Below, one piece after another: positions 23,417 through 33,248 of a stretch of 64,000 nt of DNA (position 1 is its first letter; each line of letters opens with the position of its first letter). This stretch comes from Acidimicrobiia bacterium (GTDB taxonomy: Bacteria; Actinomycetota; Acidimicrobiia; Acidimicrobiales; Aldehydirespiratoraceae), in the NCBI GenBank assembly GCA_021296315.1, contig JAGWAO010000023.1:19855-83854 (forward strand). The letters are read 5' to 3'. A program made the translations under genes and the position numbers. The notes under the pieces were generated by a model. It was not told the DNA's origin and made no database searches. It saw nothing but the letters and a program-made list of their open reading frames with translations.

Positions 23417-24625
23417 ATGCTGAGTAGTGCCCGGCATAGTCCCCGGCGCTCCAACTACGACGTGGTGATAGCAGGCGGGGCGATCATGGGCTCATCGGTC
23501 GCGTTCTTCCTGTCCAGCAGCCCCGACTTCGGCGGGACCATCCTGGTGGTGGAGCGGGACCCGTCGTACGAGTACAGCTCCACGGCCCGCACCAACAGCT
23601 GCATGCGCCAGCAGTTCTCGCGTGAAGTCAACATCCGCATCTCGCAGTTCGCGGCCGAGTTCGTGCGCGACTTCCGTGACTGGATGGGCGACCCGGAGGC
23701 ACCCGAGGTTCCCGTCAACCACTTCGGCTACATGTACCTGGCGGGCGACGAAGCCTCGGCGGCGGTGCTGGCGGCCAACCAGCAGGTGCAGGCCGCCCTC
23801 GGAGCCGGCACGCGGATCATGTCCGCGGAGCAGATCGCAGCCGAGTACCCCTTCTACAACGTCGACGGCATCGTCTGCGGCAGCCACAACCTCGTCGGCG
23901 AGGGCTGGTGGGACTCCGGAACGGTGTTCGACTGGTGGCGGCGACAGGCCCGGCGCAACGGCGTCGAGTACGTCTCTGACGAGGTAGTCGGCATCGACCG
24001 CGCCGGAGACACGGTGACCGGGGTGGAGCTGGCGTCGGCGGGGACGATCGGCTGCGGGGCGCTGGTCAACGCCACCGGCCCGAGGGCGTCCCATACCGCG
24101 GCCATGGCCGGCCTGGAGCTGCCGGTGGAGCCCCGCAAGCGCTACACGTTCGTCTTCGAGGCGGCCGAGCCGCTGGACCGGGACCTGCCCCTGACCATCG
24201 ATCCGACCGGCGTGCACGTGCGCCGCGACGGCGTTGCCTACCTGGCCGGCTGTCCGCCTGACGTCGACCGGCCGGTGGCCTACGACGACTTCGACATGGA
24301 CCACGAGATATGGGAATCCAAGGTGTGGCCCGTGCTGGCGCACCGGGTTCCCGCCTTCGAGCGCATCAAGGTCACCAGCCGCTGGGCCGGGCACTACGCC
24401 TACAACTGCTTCGACCACAACGCAGTGGTCGGACCCCACACCGAGGTTCGGAACTTCTTGTTCATCAACGGCTTCTCCGGCCACGGCATGCAGCAGTCGC
24501 CGGCGATGGGTCGGGCCGTGGCGGAGCTGCTGTGCTACGGCGAGTACCGCACGCTCGACTTGTCAGAACTCGGTTACGAGCGCATAGAGCGGGGCGAACC
24601 GTTCGTCGAGACGGCGATCATCTGA
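23417..24625 (+). CDS. FAD-dependent oxidoreductase (DAO / sarcosine oxidase beta-like)
   Basis: N-terminal dinucleotide fold YDVVIAGGAIMGSSVAFFL. Length of 402 aa and C-terminal GFSGHGMQQSPAMG are typical of the DAO family. Confidence 0.8.
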   Translation: MLSSARHSPRRSNYDVVIAGGAIMGSSVAFFLSSSPDFGGTILVVERDPSYEYSSTARTNSCMRQQFSREVNIRISQFAAEFVRDFRDWMGDPEAPEVPVNHFGYMYLAGDEASAAVLAANQQVQAALGAGTRIMSAEQIAAEYPFYNVDGIVCGSHNLVGEGWWDSGTVFDWWRRQARRNGVEYVSDEVVGIDRAGDTVTGVELASAGTIGCGALVNATGPRASHTAAMAGLELPVEPRKRYTFVFEAAEPLDRDLPLTIDPTGVHVRRDGVAYLAGCPPDVDRPVAYDDFDMDHEIWESKVWPVLAHRVPAFERIKVTSRWAGHYAYNCFDHNAVVGPHTEVRNFLFINGFSGHGMQQSPAMGRAVAELLCYGEYRTLDLSELGYERIERGEPFVETAII

Positions 24626-24687
24626 GACTCTCCGACCGCGGGGCCGGTCCGGGCCGAACCGGCAGGCGCAACTACCATGATCAGCGA

Positions 24688-25566
24688 GTGAGCGCCTTCG
24701 TCGTCATCGCGGGGATGTCTGGAGCGGGCCGCAGCCACGCCGCCAACAACCTCGAGGACCTCGGCTGGTTCGTCATGGACAACCTGCCGCCGTCGCTCAT
24801 CGGCAAGGTGGCCGACCTTGCAGGGGCACCCGGCGCGGGCATCGACCGGCTCGCCCTTGTGGTAGGCACTGGCCGCTACCACGATGAGATCGTCGGCATG
24901 ATCGACGGCTTGAGGGAGGGGTTCGACGGGCTGCGGATCCTGTTCCTCGACGCGACCACAGACGCCCTCGTCCGCCGGTACGAGTCCACCCGCCGGCGGC
25001 ATCCATTCTCAGAATCCGGCGGGGCGGGCACCCTGGCCGAGGCCATCGAGGCGGAGAGGTCGGCGCTGGAACCGGTGCGGGCCACCGCCGACGTGGTCAT
25101 CGACACGTCGGATCTCAACATCCACCAGCTGCGAGACCGCATGGCCGAGCTGTTCGGCGTCGGCGAGGGCCAGGCCATGCGGATCACGGTGCTGTCGTTC
25201 GGCTACACCCACGGCATCCCCCTCGACGTGGACATCGTGATCGACTGCCGGTTCCTGCCCAACCCCCACTACATGGACGAGCTGCGTCTCCTCAGCGGGC
25301 TCGATGCCGAGGTCGCCGGCTACGTGATGCAGCAGCCGGTGACGGGGGAGTTCCTGGCCCGCATGGAGTCGCTGCTGGAACTGCTGGTGCCCCAGTACGT
25401 GGCCGAGGGCAAGTCGTACCTGACGGTGGCCTTCGGCTGCACCGGCGGGCGGCATCGCTCGGTGGCCGTGACCGAGCATTTCGCCGGGGTGCTGGGCGCC
25501 ATGGGCCACGGGCCCGCGGTGGTGCATCGCGACATCGACAAGCACGACTCGCAGTTCCCAAATTGA
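24688..25566 (+). CDS. rapZ: RNase adapter / nucleotide-binding protein RapZ (YvcJ family)
   Basis: From GTG 24688: VSAFVVIAGMSGAGRSHAANNLEDLGWFVMDNLPP (P-loop), then ...CTGGRHRSV near the C-terminus. The upstream part of the listed ORF overlaps the preceding gene. Confidence 0.9.
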   Translation: MSAFVVIAGMSGAGRSHAANNLEDLGWFVMDNLPPSLIGKVADLAGAPGAGIDRLALVVGTGRYHDEIVGMIDGLREGFDGLRILFLDATTDALVRRYESTRRRHPFSESGGAGTLAEAIEAERSALEPVRATADVVIDTSDLNIHQLRDRMAELFGVGEGQAMRITVLSFGYTHGIPLDVDIVIDCRFLPNPHYMDELRLLSGLDAEVAGYVMQQPVTGEFLARMESLLELLVPQYVAEGKSYLTVAFGCTGGRHRSVAVTEHFAGVLGAMGHGPAVVHRDIDKHDSQFPN

Positions 25567-25605
25567 TGTAGTTGCTGCCCCCTGAGGGCGCTTCCTGCAT
25601 CAATT
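25561..25605. repeat. REP-like hairpin, TTGAYGTAGTTG family (divergent copy), overlapping the rapZ stop
   Basis: AATTGATGTAG...CTGCATCAATT inverted repeat (10 of 11 positions pair). The left arm shares TTGATGTAGTTG with copies at 26736 and 45316. Confidence 0.5.
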
Positions 25606-25686
25606 CCGACGGGGACCGGACCCGGGCCGAGAGCGGGGTGCGGAGATCCCCCCGGATGCCGTCCGGCCCGGCCTAGCCTCTGGCTC

Positions 25687-26697
<1,011 letters not shown>

Positions 26698-26735
26698 GAT
26701 GCCGCCAGACAGCCGAATCTCGTCTCCGCCGGCAA

Positions 26736-26778
26736 CTCGACGTAGTTGTCCGCAATATGTGCGCACAACTACGTCAAG
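26736..26778. repeat. REP-like hairpin, TTGAYGTAGTTG family, in the gap-pgk spacer
   Basis: CTCGACGTAGTTGT, a 15-nt loop, then ACAACTACGTCAAG (13 of 14 positions pair; the exception is G-T). Confidence 0.65.
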
Positions 26779-26842
26779 ATCGGCGAGCTCCGGCGCACCC
26801 GGCATCCGTCGCCCCGGCGGCTGACAACTGACCGGGCGGGCC

Positions 26843-28024
26843 GTGCACCAACTGCCCTCCTTGGAGGACCTCGGTCCGCTGCAGGACCGCTCGGTGCTGG
26901 TGCGGGTCGACTTCAACGTGCCGCGCACCGCGGACGGTTTGATCGCCGACGACCTGCGCATCCGGGCCGCGCTGCCCACGCTGCGATGGTTGCAACGCAA
27001 GGGGGCGGCAGTGACCGCCTGCACCCATCTCGGCCGGCCGCAGAGCCGCCCCGATCCGCGCCATTCGGTGGATCCTGTGCGGCAGCGGCTGGCGGAGCTG
27101 GCGCCGGGGGTGGAGCTGCTCGAGAACCTGCGCTTCGATCCCGGAGAGACAGCCGACGATCCGGCCCTCGTTGAGCGCTTCGTGGAGCGTCTGGTAGCGG
27201 GCCACGACGCCTATGTGAACGACGCCTTCGGGGCGTCGCACCGGGCTCATGCCTCCATCGTGGGCCCGCCCCAGCGACTGCCGTCGGCCGCGGGCCGGCT
27301 CCTGGCCCGGGAGGTCGAAGTGCTCGGCGGGCTGCGGGACTCGTCCCGGCGGCCGTTCGTGGCGGTGCTGGGCGGGGCCAAGGTGTCGGACAAGCTGGGG
27401 GTGATCGACGCGCTGATCCAGATGGTGGACTCCCTGGTGATCGGCGGGGCCATGTGCTTCACGTTCCTGAAGGCCCGGGGCAACCGGGTGGGCGCGTCGC
27501 TGTGCGAGGACTCGATGGTGGAACGCTGCCGCCAGCTGCTCGACGGCAGCACGCCGATCCACCTGCCTTATGACCTGACTGCACTGGGTCCCGGCGGCGT
27601 GCTGGGCGACCCGAACGCCGGTGGCGACGTGCGCCAGGTGGGAGCCGATGTGCCCGACGGCTGGATGGGCACCGACATCGGCCCAGGCAGCGCGGCCGAG
27701 TTCGGCGATGTGATTTACGAGGCCGGGACGGTGCTGTGGAACGGCCCGATGGGTGTGTTCGAGGATCCCCGCTTCGGCGGCGGAACCGGAGCAGTGGCTG
27801 CGGCCATGGCCGAGACCCGGGCCTTCACCGTGGTGGGCGGGGGCGACAGCGCGGCTGCGGCCCGCCATTTCGGGGTAGACCGCGAAATGGACCACGTCTC
27901 CACCGGCGGCGGCGCTTCACTGGAGCTGATCGAGAAGGGCGACCTGCCGGGGCTGGCCGCGCTGCGGCGAGGGAACGCAACCGGAGACGAAGGAGACAAG
28001 GAGGGACGTGCCGATGCGACCTAG
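26843..28024 (+). CDS. pgk: Phosphoglycerate kinase
   Basis: VLVRVDFNVP N-terminal motif, ...GGAKVSDK..., and C-terminal STGGGASLE. Confidence 0.95.
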   Translation: MHQLPSLEDLGPLQDRSVLVRVDFNVPRTADGLIADDLRIRAALPTLRWLQRKGAAVTACTHLGRPQSRPDPRHSVDPVRQRLAELAPGVELLENLRFDPGETADDPALVERFVERLVAGHDAYVNDAFGASHRAHASIVGPPQRLPSAAGRLLAREVEVLGGLRDSSRRPFVAVLGGAKVSDKLGVIDALIQMVDSLVIGGAMCFTFLKARGNRVGASLCEDSMVERCRQLLDGSTPIHLPYDLTALGPGGVLGDPNAGGDVRQVGADVPDGWMGTDIGPGSAAEFGDVIYEAGTVLWNGPMGVFEDPRFGGGTGAVAAAMAETRAFTVVGGGDSAAAARHFGVDREMDHVSTGGGASLELIEKGDLPGLAALRRGNATGDEGDKEGRADAT

Positions 28025-28067
28025 ACGCAAGGCCTCGGGCCGCGACGACGGCCCGGCCGACGGCCGC

Positions 28068-28838
28068 ATGCCGCTCATCAGCGGCAACTGGAAGATGAAC
28101 CACAACCACTTCGAGGCGATCCAGACCATCCAGAAGCTGGCCTACGCGCTGAACAGCGACGACTACCGCCATGTGGAGGTGTCGGTGCATCCGCCGTTCA
28201 CCGACCTGCGCTCGGTGCAGACCGTTCTGCAGGCCGACGACGTGCCCATATCGCTGGGCGCCCAGGACTGCCATCCCGAGGACGCGGGCGCCTTCACCGG
28301 CGAGGTTTCGGCCGCGATGCTGGCCAAGCTGGACGTGTCGTACGTGATCGTGGGCCACAGCGAGCGCCGGGCGTTGTTCGGCGAGAGCGACGAGGTGGTC
28401 AACGCCAAGGCTCGGGCGGTGCTGCGCCACGGCATGGTGCCCATCGTGTGCGTGGGCGAGACCGTCGAGCAGCGCAGGGCCGGTCAGGCCCACGACGTGG
28501 TGTCCGGCCAGCTGGCCGGCAGCCTCGACGGGCTCGAAAGGGCGGTCGTGGGCAAGCTGGTGGTGGCCTACGAGCCGGTCTGGGCCATCGGCACCGGCGA
28601 GACGGCCACGCCCGCCGACGCCCAGGACATGTGCGCCCACGTGCGGTCGCGGGTGGCCGACCGGTGGGGGAGCCAGGCCGGGGCCGGGCTGCGGGTCCAG
28701 TACGGGGGCTCGGTGAAGCCGGCCAACGCCCCGGACCTCATGGAGCAGCCCGACATCGACGGCGCGCTGGTGGGCGGGGCCAGCCTCGACGCCGCTGACT
28801 TTGCCCGGATCGTCAACCATCGCCTTTACGCGGCGTAA
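28068..28838 (+). CDS. tpiA: Triosephosphate isomerase
   Basis: MPLISGNWKMN start (ATG 28068, just after the pgk stop), GHSERR and AYEPVWAIGTG motifs. Confidence 0.95.
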   Translation: MPLISGNWKMNHNHFEAIQTIQKLAYALNSDDYRHVEVSVHPPFTDLRSVQTVLQADDVPISLGAQDCHPEDAGAFTGEVSAAMLAKLDVSYVIVGHSERRALFGESDEVVNAKARAVLRHGMVPIVCVGETVEQRRAGQAHDVVSGQLAGSLDGLERAVVGKLVVAYEPVWAIGTGETATPADAQDMCAHVRSRVADRWGSQAGAGLRVQYGGSVKPANAPDLMEQPDIDGALVGGASLDAADFARIVNHRLYAA

Positions 28839-28896
28839 GCCCGGGTCACGGCCGAACGGCATCGCGGCCGGGCCGAGCACCGGTAGCCTCGACACC

Positions 28897-29121
28897 GTGA
28901 TCTGGTTCATCGCCCCGCTGCACGTGGTGTCCGCGCTGCTGCTGGTGTTCTTGGTGCTGCTGCACAGCGGCAAGGGCGGCGGCCTGTCGGACATGTTCGG
29001 CGGCGGGCTGGGCGCGCAGGCGGCCGGGTCCACGGTGGTGGAGCGCAACCTCGACCGGATCACGATCGTCGCCGCGCTGGTCTTCGCCTTCGCGTCGATC
29101 TCCTACGCCCTGATCATCTGA
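28897..29121 (+). CDS. secG: Preprotein translocase subunit SecG
   Basis: From GTG 28897: two TM segments flanking LHSGKGGGLSDMFGGG, the SecG signature. It has the conserved position after tpiA. Confidence 0.85.
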   Translation: MIWFIAPLHVVSALLLVFLVLLHSGKGGGLSDMFGGGLGAQAAGSTVVERNLDRITIVAALVFAFASISYALII

Positions 29122-29163
29122 ACGCCGCGCTCGCGGCTACCCGAGGCTCACCGGCCCCAGGGA

Positions 29164-29847
29164 TCAGATGACCGTGAACGCGGCGAGGTAGGCGAAGTGG
29201 TTGGCGTTGCTGCTGTCAGCGTCCTCGTACACCTTGCGCAACTGCGCATCCAGGTCGCCGATGACACCCTCCGCGGCGTAGCGCTCGAAGCGATCCTTGA
29301 AGCCGTTGGACTCAAAGATGGACGCGTTGACGCCGATCACGCCGACGGCGCCGGGCCGGACGATCCGCAGCAGTTCCGCCAGCGTGTCCGGACCGAGGTG
29401 TCCGTGTGTGAAGGCACCCGAGCTGACGATGCCTGAGTAGCTGCCGGTCTCCAAGGCGATGGAACCGGTGAGGTCGGCTTCCATCAGGTGGCGGTAGCAG
29501 GGTGCGCCGTCGGGCCCTGTCATGGTGCGGGCCTCGGCCAGCATCTCCGGCGAGATGTCGATCCCTTCGACGGGCGAAATCCTGAGGCGGGACAGCTCCC
29601 ACCCCAAGCGTCCCGTGCCGCATCCCGCGTCGAGAACGGCCTCGCCTCCAGCCGGCAACCGCTCGGCGAAGATCTCGGCCACCTGCCGGGCATAGATGTA
29701 GCGGTTGTCGTTGAGGAACTGCTCGTAGGTGGCCGCCCATTTGGCGTACAGAGCCCGGTTGTCGTCGGGGCTCTTGACCGCGTACGCCGCCTTCAATAGC
29801 GCCGCCCGCTCGTCACCGGACTCCTGGGGTGAATGCTCGTCGGTCAC
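29164..29847 (-). CDS. Class I SAM-dependent methyltransferase
   Basis: Motif I VLDAGCGTGRLG and a post-I acidic residue. 227 aa. Confidence 0.8.
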   Translation of the reverse strand: MTDEHSPQESGDERAALLKAAYAVKSPDDNRALYAKWAATYEQFLNDNRYIYARQVAEIFAERLPAGGEAVLDAGCGTGRLGWELSRLRISPVEGIDISPEMLAEARTMTGPDGAPCYRHLMEADLTGSIALETGSYSGIVSSGAFTHGHLGPDTLAELLRIVRPGAVGVIGVNASIFESNGFKDRFERYAAEGVIGDLDAQLRKVYEDADSSNANHFAYLAAFTVI

Positions 29848-29948
29848 TGGCTAGAACCTACCGGCGGGGCTATGACGTCCTGCGGAGCGCGGCAGCCAGC
29901 CCGGAGGCGAACCCCACCAACTCGATCAGGGCCAGGCCGCAATGTGGT

Positions 29949-30348
29949 CTAGGACATGCCGGGCGAGGCCGTCCGGAGACCGAGGCGCTCTGCGGCGGCG
30001 AGTTGAAGCTGGTCATAGCTCACGAAGCCGGCCAGGTCGTCACCGAGTTGCTCGGCGCAGGCCAAGTAGATCGCATCGAACGAGCGCAGTCCGGAGCCGG
30101 GAAGGCGGCCCGCCCGGCTTAGCAGAGCGGGGGTGAGCCGGACCTTGTACTCCGGCCAGGAGCTCATCGCAGCTTCGCATCACATGTTCCGGCTGACGAG
30201 CGACCGCTCGCCGGGCCTCAGTGCGCAGCAGGTCCGACGACGCCAGCGGGCTGCCGCCTGTCCATCGCCTCAGATCCTCCGATTCCGGCTCGGCTACCAG
30301 CAGCTTGATGAACGCCGAAGCGTCCAAGAACCACAGGTCACCGCTCAT
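29949..30348 (-). pseudogene. vapC: PIN-domain VapC toxin with a +1 frameshift
   Basis: The N-part (ATG 30348: MSGDLWFLDASAFIKLL...SSDLLRTEARRAV) is in one frame. The C-part (EYKVRLTPALL...LRSFDAIYLACAE...FVSYDQLQL) is in another frame (ORF 29949..30167). All four PIN acidic residues are only recovered by joining the two. The total span is 400 nt (3n+1). Confidence 0.8.
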
Positions 30349-30628
30349 CGCGGCGCAATTCGGCCAGCCGCTCACTCGGGGACTGTTGACCGGCCGCAAT
30401 CTCCAGCGGCAGCCCGAGCCTCTCGATGACCTCATCGGGATTCTCGGTCGCGAGCGTGACCCGTCCCTCGGCGGCCAGTCGCTCCAGGACGCTTCCTGGC
30501 GGTGCCACAGGACTCAGTCGCGCCACGGGAAACCCCCGCACCGTGATCTCATAGGTCTCGCCCTCCGCCACCCGCCGCAGCCACCGGCTGGCGTGCTGCC
30601 GCAGCTCGCGCACTCCGATCTGCTCCAT
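30338..30628 (-). CDS. Phd/YefM-type antitoxin
   Basis: MEQIGVRELRQHASRWLRRVAEGETYEITVRG N-terminus. Its stop overlaps the vapC ATG (ATGA-type coupling). Confidence 0.8.
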   Translation of the reverse strand: MEQIGVRELRQHASRWLRRVAEGETYEITVRGFPVARLSPVAPPGSVLERLAAEGRVTLATENPDEVIERLGLPLEIAAGQQSPSERLAELRRDER

Positions 30629-30630
30629 GT

Positions 30631-30643
30631 GCTACCTGGTAGC
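30631..30643. promoter_or_regulatory. Palindromic operator candidate for the Phd-VapC operon
   Basis: GCTACC-T-GGTAGC is a perfect palindrome immediately upstream of the antitoxin ATG (30628). Confidence 0.45.
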
Positions 30644-30689
30644 ATCATGTTGCCTCCCCGGTGTGTTGACCGGCGGAACGGCCCCGCCA

Positions 30690-30863
30690 CTAGGCGGGCT
30701 GTGCGGGGCTGCGGGTCGCCCACTCGGCGAGTTGGCGCCGGACCCGGTCGACGTCCTCGCGGCTGACCGGGCGCGAGACCGACACGTGATCATCGCTGGC
30801 CCTGACGGTGAAGCGGAAGCCTCCGGAGCGGGCGTAGGCCGGACCGCTGCCGTTGTTGCTCAT
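30690..30863 (-). CDS. Small hypothetical protein (57 aa), translationally coupled to the DUF3467 gene
   Basis: It is not in the ORF track because it is under 60 aa. Sequence: ATG 30863, MSNNGSGPAYARSGGFRFTVRASDDHVSVSRPVSREDVDRVRRQLAEWATRSPAQPA, TAG 30690-30692. AAGGAGGA lies 4 nt upstream, and the ATG overlaps the upstream TGA (ATGA). Confidence 0.55.
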   Translation of the reverse strand: MSNNGSGPAYARSGGFRFTVRASDDHVSVSRPVSREDVDRVRRQLAEWATRSPAQPA

Positions 30864-31153
30864 GGTTCCTCCTTGGGTGGTCCCGGGGTTATCCGCCCGT
30901 GTTGCTGCTCGTACCGGTCGATGTTGGCCGACATGGCTTGAACGATCCGGAACATGGCGCTGGTCGGGATCTTCATCCGCGCCACCACCAGCACATCGTG
31001 GGCGTCGCCGTCATGAGTCGGCGAACGGTGCGACGTGAAGTCAACCGTGAACTCATGCGGGGTGTTCCACACGAGGGCGCCGTTGGCGTAGGTGCCGCCC
31101 ATGGGAACCGACTCACTGAACGTGACATCCATGAGTATGTCATCTGATGTCAT
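30860..31153 (-). CDS. DUF3467-like protein
   Basis: 97 aa. The core YANGALVWNTPHEFTVDF resembles the DUF3467 signature. Confidence 0.6.
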   Translation of the reverse strand: MTSDDILMDVTFSESVPMGGTYANGALVWNTPHEFTVDFTSHRSPTHDGDAHDVLVVARMKIPTSAMFRIVQAMSANIDRYEQQHGRITPGPPKEEP

Positions 31154-31162
31154 GATTTTTAA

Positions 31163-31187
31163 TGTATCACATTGCTAAGCTGATACA
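31163..31187. promoter_or_regulatory. Inverted-repeat operator candidate in a divergent promoter region
   Basis: TGTATCA-N11-TGATACA, with perfect 7-bp arms, lies in an AT-rich spacer between the DUF3467 gene and the cation-transporter-like gene. Confidence 0.45.
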
Positions 31188-31312
31188 CAACATCCTCTGT
31201 CAATGGCTGCGGATCGCCAGGATTGCTCGGAGTGGTGGAAGCGGTGAAGCGGCGGGGCCGGATAGGTTGAGACTCACGGCGGGACTGCACGGAGAGGCAG
31301 CGGCTGGATGGA

Positions 31313-31942
31313 ATGACGACGCTTACGACCAGGGACCAGGCCGTCACCCGGCAGAAGTGGCTCACGGGACTCACCATCGGATGGAACAGCGTCGAGGGTG
31401 TATTGGCGATCGCCGCGGGCGTCGCCGCGGGCTCGGTCAGCCTGATCGGCTTCGGCCTCGACTCCGGCATCGAGGTGTCGGCCGCGGTGATCCTGGCGTG
31501 GCGGCTGGCCCAGGAGCGCCGGACCAGCTGCAAACTGGAGGTCGACAAGCGGGCTCAGCGCCTGATCGCGGTGAGCTTCGCCGCCCTGGCCCTGTACGTG
31601 GGCGTAGAGTCGATGCGCGACCTGGTCATGGCCGACCGGCCTGACGAATCGCTGGTCGGCATCGTGATGGCCACCCTGTCGCTGGTGGTCATGCCGTTCC
31701 TGGCTCGGGCCAAGCGCCAGCAGGCCCCGCTGATGGGATCGCGGGCCGTGGAGGCCGAGGCGGCCCAAACCGTGCTGTGTGCCCTCATGTCGGGTGGGCT
31801 GCTTCTCGGTTTGGGCGCCAACGCCGCACTGGGCTGGTGGTGGGCCGACCCGCTGGCCGGGCTGCTCATCGCCTCGCTGGCCGCCTACGAGACCGTGGCC
31901 GTCTGGCGGGCCGACTCCCTGGAAGACACCTGCTGCGGTTGA
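31313..31942 (+). CDS. Cation-efflux (CDF-like) membrane protein, transmembrane domain only
   Basis: 209 aa with multiple TM segments. N-terminal WNSVEGVLAIAAGVAAGSVSLIGFGLDSGIE resembles CDF TM2 with metal-site Asp/Glu. Confidence 0.5.
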   Translation: MTTLTTRDQAVTRQKWLTGLTIGWNSVEGVLAIAAGVAAGSVSLIGFGLDSGIEVSAAVILAWRLAQERRTSCKLEVDKRAQRLIAVSFAALALYVGVESMRDLVMADRPDESLVGIVMATLSLVVMPFLARAKRQQAPLMGSRAVEAEAAQTVLCALMSGGLLLGLGANAALGWWWADPLAGLLIASLAAYETVAVWRADSLEDTCCG

Positions 31943-32036
31943 GACCACTCTCAACCTGCCGGAAGTGACTCCAACATCCGCCGCAGGCCGGTGTAGCCGC
32001 GTCGATCTGTAGGCTGACTCGACGAAGGGAGCCTCG

Positions 32037-33005
32037 ATGAGCAGCTCCGACCAGGCCGACAGCAGCCAAGACGCCGCCAACGCCAGCGACGAACAGGCTC
32101 AGACCAAGCGGACCGGCGAACTCGCGTACTGGTCGAAGCGCAAGGACGCAGAAGGAGTGCTCGAGAATTGCTGGTTCGAGAGCTTCTACACCGAACATTT
32201 CGGTTTGACCCGAGCCGACTACAAAGACAAGCGGGTGCTGGACATCGGCTGCGGCCCCCGGGGATCGCTCGAGTGGGCGACCATGGCTCGCGAGCGAGTC
32301 GGTGTGGACCCGCTGGCCGACGACTACCTGCAGCTGGGTGCCGCCGATCACGCCATGACCTATGTGGCCGCGGGCGCCGAGTCCATTCCGTTCGAAGACC
32401 AGAGCTTCGACATCGTCTGCTCGTTCAACTCGCTTGACCACGTCGACGACCTGGAAGCCACGATCGCTGAGACGAAGCGCCTTACCGCGGTGGGAGGCTT
32501 GCTGCTCGTCATCACGGACGTCCACGACAGGCCAACCCCCCAGGAACCGATCTGCTTCGATTGGAATGTCGTGGAGAGGTTCGCGCCGGAGTTCGCCCTA
32601 CAGTCGCTGCGCTGTCACGAGAAGCACGGCGGCGGGGCATATCAGAGCGCCGAGCAGGGCTTGTTCTTCAACCATGCCGACGCTCACCAACGCTACGGCG
32701 TGCTGTCGGCCCGCTTCATCCGCGTGGCAGACCCAGAGACCGATGCCCCAGGGGACGACATCGCCGAGGAAGTGTCGGCCGCGGACATCGCCGAGGAGAC
32801 TCCACAGACTCCCGACGTCGCGGATTCAACCGTTGGACGCCTGCTGACGGGTCTGGGAGAGCGGGCGAGCGCCAGCAGCCGGATCAAGGATGCGGAAGCA
32901 ATCGCCGGTCGACTTCTAGGCGGCCTCCGGACGCGAGTACAGGCGAGCGTCGACGGTCTCTCGCAGAGAGTCCCCGGCCGTCGCGGCAGGCACCGTCGCC
33001 GGTAG
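32037..33005 (+). CDS. Class I SAM-dependent methyltransferase with an acidic low-complexity C-tail
   Basis: Motif I VLDIGCGPRG, then FDIVCSFNSLDHV and GGLLLV. 322 aa. Confidence 0.8.
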   Translation: MSSSDQADSSQDAANASDEQAQTKRTGELAYWSKRKDAEGVLENCWFESFYTEHFGLTRADYKDKRVLDIGCGPRGSLEWATMARERVGVDPLADDYLQLGAADHAMTYVAAGAESIPFEDQSFDIVCSFNSLDHVDDLEATIAETKRLTAVGGLLLVITDVHDRPTPQEPICFDWNVVERFAPEFALQSLRCHEKHGGGAYQSAEQGLFFNHADAHQRYGVLSARFIRVADPETDAPGDDIAEEVSAADIAEETPQTPDVADSTVGRLLTGLGERASASSRIKDAEAIAGRLLGGLRTRVQASVDGLSQRVPGRRGRHRRR

Positions 33006-33015
33006 CATCACCTCC

Positions 33016-33035
33016 CCGTCAGAAGCAGCTGACGG
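33016..33035 (+). terminator. Hairpin after the methyltransferase gene
   Basis: CCGTCAG-AAGCAG-CTGACGG lies 10 nt after the stop. There is no U-tract. Confidence 0.3.
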
Positions 33036-33039
33036 CCAC

Positions 33040-33127
33040 GTCGGAGTGGCGGAATTGGCAGACGCGCTAGCTTGAGGGGCTAGTGCCCAGATTGGGCGTG
33101 GGGGTTCAAGTCCCAGTGTTCACTCCA
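33040..33127 (+). tRNA. tRNA-Leu(GAG)-like gene with a non-pairing 3' T-stem/acceptor strand (probably defective or chimeric)
   Basis: GTCGGAG-TG-GCGGAATTGGCAGACGCG-CTAGC-TTGAGGG-GCTAG, a long variable arm GCCC/GGGC, then GGGGG-TTCAAGT. After that comes CCCAG-TGTTCAC-T-CCA, which cannot pair with GGGGG or with GTCGGAG. Confidence 0.7.
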
Positions 33128-33248
33128 GAGTCGCTTTGGTTCTCTTGATCAACACGATGGCGGCTCACTGACGTTGCCGCTCCACACGGCGTTCTTGTGT
33201 GGTTGCGGTGGTGTGCGCTGTGAGGTGCCTACGTAGTCACAACAAGCG

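Noticed and set aside
31190-31312. Possible metal-sensing (czcD/NiCo-type) riboswitch in the 5' region of the cation-efflux-like gene
   Set aside because: I could not match the sequence to the conserved junction nucleotides of that riboswitch from memory. Only a generic GC-rich leader is visible, which is not enough evidence.
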